Shown piece after piece: positions 49,284 to 51,853 of a stretch of DNA of 51,853 nucleotides. Positions within the stretch are counted from its first letter, which is position 1. Each line of letters opens with the position of its first letter. Made by a program: the position numbers and the translations under genes. This stretch comes from a virus: the IMG/VR virus record IMGVR_UViG_3300044998_000080; one strand, 5' to 3'. The notes under the pieces are model-generated. The model saw nothing but the letters and a program-made list of their open reading frames with translations, had not been told where the DNA came from and did no database searches.

Positions 49284-50225
49284 ATGCACTTCTTGACGCT
49301 CTATCAGGCTTCGAGCCCGTCGACGCCCAAGACTGACGCGACGCCGACGATCACGGTGTATCGTGATCGCTTCGGCGCGAGTCGGCTCGCGGGTGCCCCG
49401 GTGATTCGAAACCTCGGCGGCGGGTGCTACGGGTTCGATCCTTCAACGGCCGATGAAGCGATCGGTTGCGGTTACCTGATCGACGCGGGCGCGGCGTCGA
49501 CGCCTCGATACGCGTTCGGCACGGTGGGGAATGTCGCGGTGTTCTTCGCGCTCTTCGACGGTGCGGGCGCACCTCTCGCAACCGCAACGCCAGCGATCAA
49601 CACGTACAAAAAGCCCGACGGCACCGACGCGACGCCGATCCCGGCGATCTCGAACATGACGGGCGGTCTCTACGGCTTCACGCCGAGCGATTCCGATCGG
49701 GTGCTCGGTGTCGGTTACGAGGGCTCGAGCGGCTCGGCGTCGGCTTTCCCGACGCGTTTCGGCGGCGTGGTGAGTGACGGTGTGATCACGGGCGGCGGCC
49801 TTCCCGCGATCACGTCGACGACGAACGCGGGAACGGTGAGCACAACCGCCGTGCCGCGTGAGCGAGATCTTGCCTTCGATTTCAAGACGAAGAAGTTCAT
49901 TCTCGCGGCGGGCGATCTCACGCTTACGAAAGACCTCGAGGCGATTCGACAAGCGGTTCAGATTCGTTGTCAGACGTTCCTCGGTGAATGGTTTCTCGAT
50001 CTCGAGGCCGGGATTCCCTACTTTCAAAACGTGCTCGTCAAGTCGCCGAACATCGCGGCGATTCGCCAAATCTTCCGCAACAAGATCGAAACCGTGCCCG
50101 GCGTCGTTGCGGTGACGCGGCTCGATCTCAACTTCGATCGCCAGACTCGAAGCCTTACGTTGAGCTTCTCGGCGAATACTGACCTCGGCGAAATCACCGG
50201 AACGATCACGCCCCCGACGGCGTAA
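49284..50225 (+). CDS. Baseplate wedge protein (gp25/W-like C-terminal domain) with a duplicated N-terminal extension
   Basis: C-terminal IRQAVQIRCQTFLGEWFLDLEAGIPYF. Two N-terminal copies of ...GG.YGF.PS..D...G.GY. Confidence 0.55.
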   Translation: MHFLTLYQASSPSTPKTDATPTITVYRDRFGASRLAGAPVIRNLGGGCYGFDPSTADEAIGCGYLIDAGAASTPRYAFGTVGNVAVFFALFDGAGAPLATATPAINTYKKPDGTDATPIPAISNMTGGLYGFTPSDSDRVLGVGYEGSSGSASAFPTRFGGVVSDGVITGGGLPAITSTTNAGTVSTTAVPRERDLAFDFKTKKFILAAGDLTLTKDLEAIRQAVQIRCQTFLGEWFLDLEAGIPYFQNVLVKSPNIAAIRQIFRNKIETVPGVVAVTRLDLNFDRQTRSLTLSFSANTDLGEITGTITPPTA

Positions 50226-50236
50226 GAGGATCTCCC

Positions 50237-51418
50237 ATGCCTGGCCCCTACGGTATCACCGCGACCGGATTCACCGCGAAGCCTCTCGCCGACATTCGTT
50301 CGGATCTCGAGGCCCGCTTTCGCACGACGTTCGGCAACGGGATCGATCTCTCGGCTGATTCGGTGTTCGGCCAACTGATTGGGATCTTCGCTGATCGTCT
50401 CGCCGACGCCTGGCAACTCGGGCAAGGGATCTACGCGAACGCATTCACCGACGGGGCGCAAGGTGCCGCGCTTGACGCGTTGTGCGCTCTCACCGGGATC
50501 GCACGCAAGGCGGCGACCTCGAGCCGCGTCATGGTGACGTTGACGGGCACGCCGAGCACCTTGATCCCGGCTGGTAAGATCCTCTCGGTGACCGGCGTAG
50601 GCTCGCGCTTTCAACTCGTCGCCAACGCGACGATCGGCGGCGGTGGCACGGTCTCGGCCGAGTTCATCGCGATCGCGTCGGGCCCGGTTGTCGCACCGGC
50701 CGGAACGCTCACAACGATCGAAACTCCCGTTTCCGGTTGGGCCAGCGCAACGAACCCTCTCGATCAGTTCTACCTCGGCACGAACACCGAGACCGACGCC
50801 GAGCTTCGCCTTCGTCGTGAGCAATCGCTTCGGGCGCTCGGCGGCGGTTCGGTCGACGCGATTCAAGCGGCGATCTTCGAGGTGCTCAACGTGTCAGACG
50901 TTTACGTGTTCGCGAACGAAACCGACGCGACCGACGCGAACGGGCTCCCGCCTCATTCGTTCGAGTGTGTTGTGAACGGCGGTCTCGACGCGGACATTGC
51001 GGCGAAGATCTTCGCGGTGAAACCGGCCGGGATCGCGACCTACGGCACGACGACCTCGAGCGTCGCCGATTCCGTCGGCACGTCGCACACGATCAAGTTC
51101 TCTCGGCCGACGGTGCTCAACGTGTACGTGACGATCGACGTGATCGCCTACCGCGCAACGGCACCTTCGAACCTGGCAAGCCTGATCTCGGCGGCCGTTG
51201 TCGCGTTCGGCGACCTGAATTACAACGTTGGCTCGCCCGTGATCGCGGCGGCCTTGGTTCCGACCGTGTTCGGCTCGAGCGTCGGCATTCGCGACGTTCC
51301 CTCGGTCAAGATCGGAACCGCGCCGAGCCCGACCCTATCGACGACGATCACGCCGACCAATCGCCAGATCGCCGACCTCGACACTTCGCGCGTTGTGGTG
51401 AACGTGACCCTCATTTGA
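50237..51418 (+). CDS. Baseplate J-like protein
   Basis: 393 aa. FTAKPLADIRSDLEARFRTTFGNGIDLSADSVFGQLIGIFADRLA. SD is AAGAGGA. Confidence 0.75.
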   Translation: MPGPYGITATGFTAKPLADIRSDLEARFRTTFGNGIDLSADSVFGQLIGIFADRLADAWQLGQGIYANAFTDGAQGAALDALCALTGIARKAATSSRVMVTLTGTPSTLIPAGKILSVTGVGSRFQLVANATIGGGGTVSAEFIAIASGPVVAPAGTLTTIETPVSGWASATNPLDQFYLGTNTETDAELRLRREQSLRALGGGSVDAIQAAIFEVLNVSDVYVFANETDATDANGLPPHSFECVVNGGLDADIAAKIFAVKPAGIATYGTTTSSVADSVGTSHTIKFSRPTVLNVYVTIDVIAYRATAPSNLASLISAAVVAFGDLNYNVGSPVIAAALVPTVFGSSVGIRDVPSVKIGTAPSPTLSTTITPTNRQIADLDTSRVVVNVTLI

Positions 51419-51431
51419 TAGGCTCGAGCAC

Positions 51432-51853
51432 ATGGCGCTCGAGGCGATCAACGATCACGTCAGTCAAGCTCTCGCGCGGCTCGAGTTGCAGTTTCGCGAC
51501 TCGGCCGACGTGCTCGGGATCACGAGCGCGCTCGCCCTCGAGGTGCAAGCGCTCGAAGACGCGTTTCAGCAACTCAACACGTTGTTTCGCTCGGTCAATG
51601 CCGCAACGGGCGCGACACTCGATCGCATTGGCGAGATCGTCAACGCACCCGCTCGGGGTCTTCGAGACGACGCCGAAACGCGAACGATGCTCTATGCGGC
51701 GATCTCGCGCAACGTGTCTTTCGGTCGCGTCGAAGACTTTCTGACCGTGCTCAATAGCATTCTCGGCGGCAACTATTGGGATCGCCCCTTCGCGATCGAC
51801 GCGAACGATACGTTCACGGGCCCGTCAGGAGCGAAGGGCGGCGATCAGGTTCT
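51432..51853 (+). CDS. 5' part of the wrap-around baseplate / fibre-attachment gene (continues at 128..350 after collapsing the overlap)
   Basis: ATG 51432. No stop before the window end. Same frame as ORF 21..350. Confidence 0.6.
   Translation, partial: MALEAINDHVSQALARLELQFRDSADVLGITSALALEVQALEDAFQQLNTLFRSVNAATGATLDRIGEIVNAPARGLRDDAETRTMLYAAISRNVSFGRVEDFLTVLNSILGGNYWDRPFAIDANDTFTGPSGAKGGDQV
51727..51853. repeat. Terminal direct repeat, identical to 1-127
   Basis: See the first feature. Confidence 0.9.

Noticed and set aside
1-51853. Prophage/lysogeny functions (integrase, CI/Cro pair, att sites)
   Set aside because: No integrase- or recombinase-like ORF was recognised, and the tRNA genes are intact and internal. 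The genome looks like a free, probably virulent, phage, but absence by eye is weak evidence.

Overview
The window is a complete, circularly closed genome of a GC-rich tailed phage. Bases 1-127 are identical to 51727-51853, so the unique length is about 51,726 bp. The virion is myovirus-type, with sheath, tube, baseplate and several fibre-like genes.

Layout: two divergent transcription units leave an AT-richer control region at 23419-23631.
- Leftward unit (minus strand, 23418 down to 4465): early/replication genes. These include DNA-binding proteins, a SprT-like protease, an AEP primase/SF3 helicase, a Cas4-like nuclease, an SNF2 helicase, an SSB-like protein, two tRNA genes, a family A polymerase, MazG, a Dam-type methyltransferase, an HD hydrolase, RuvC, a dNMP-kinase-like protein and an H1-like protein.
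- Rightward unit (plus strand, 23632 through the circular junction to 4380): late genes. These include a TerS-like protein, TerL, a DUF1073 portal, a MuF-like protein, a DUF2213 scaffold, the capsid, neck, sheath, tube, tape measure, baseplate, fibres, a lysis cassette and a metallophosphoesterase.
- Both units converge on a hairpin at 4385-4419.

Most unusual features:
1. A repeated terminator-promoter cassette occurs in 6 copies. Its geometry places the predicted transcription start on the A of the ATG (leaderless). It drives small antisense genes of unknown function in two islands, 24167-25735 and 33352-35300. The second island splits the head-morphogenesis operon.
2. An 88-nt type-II tRNA-like gene has an Ala anticodon (CGC) but non-Ala identity features.
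3. A nucleotide-pool enzyme cluster sits next to the polymerase.
4. A 14-unit tandem-repeat protein and other unknown genes lie between the portal and MuF genes.
5. The lysis cassette has no classical endolysin.

All family calls rest on motifs I recognise by eye. No searches or folding programs were run, and start codons are often uncertain because GTG/TTG starts with 4-nt overlaps are common.
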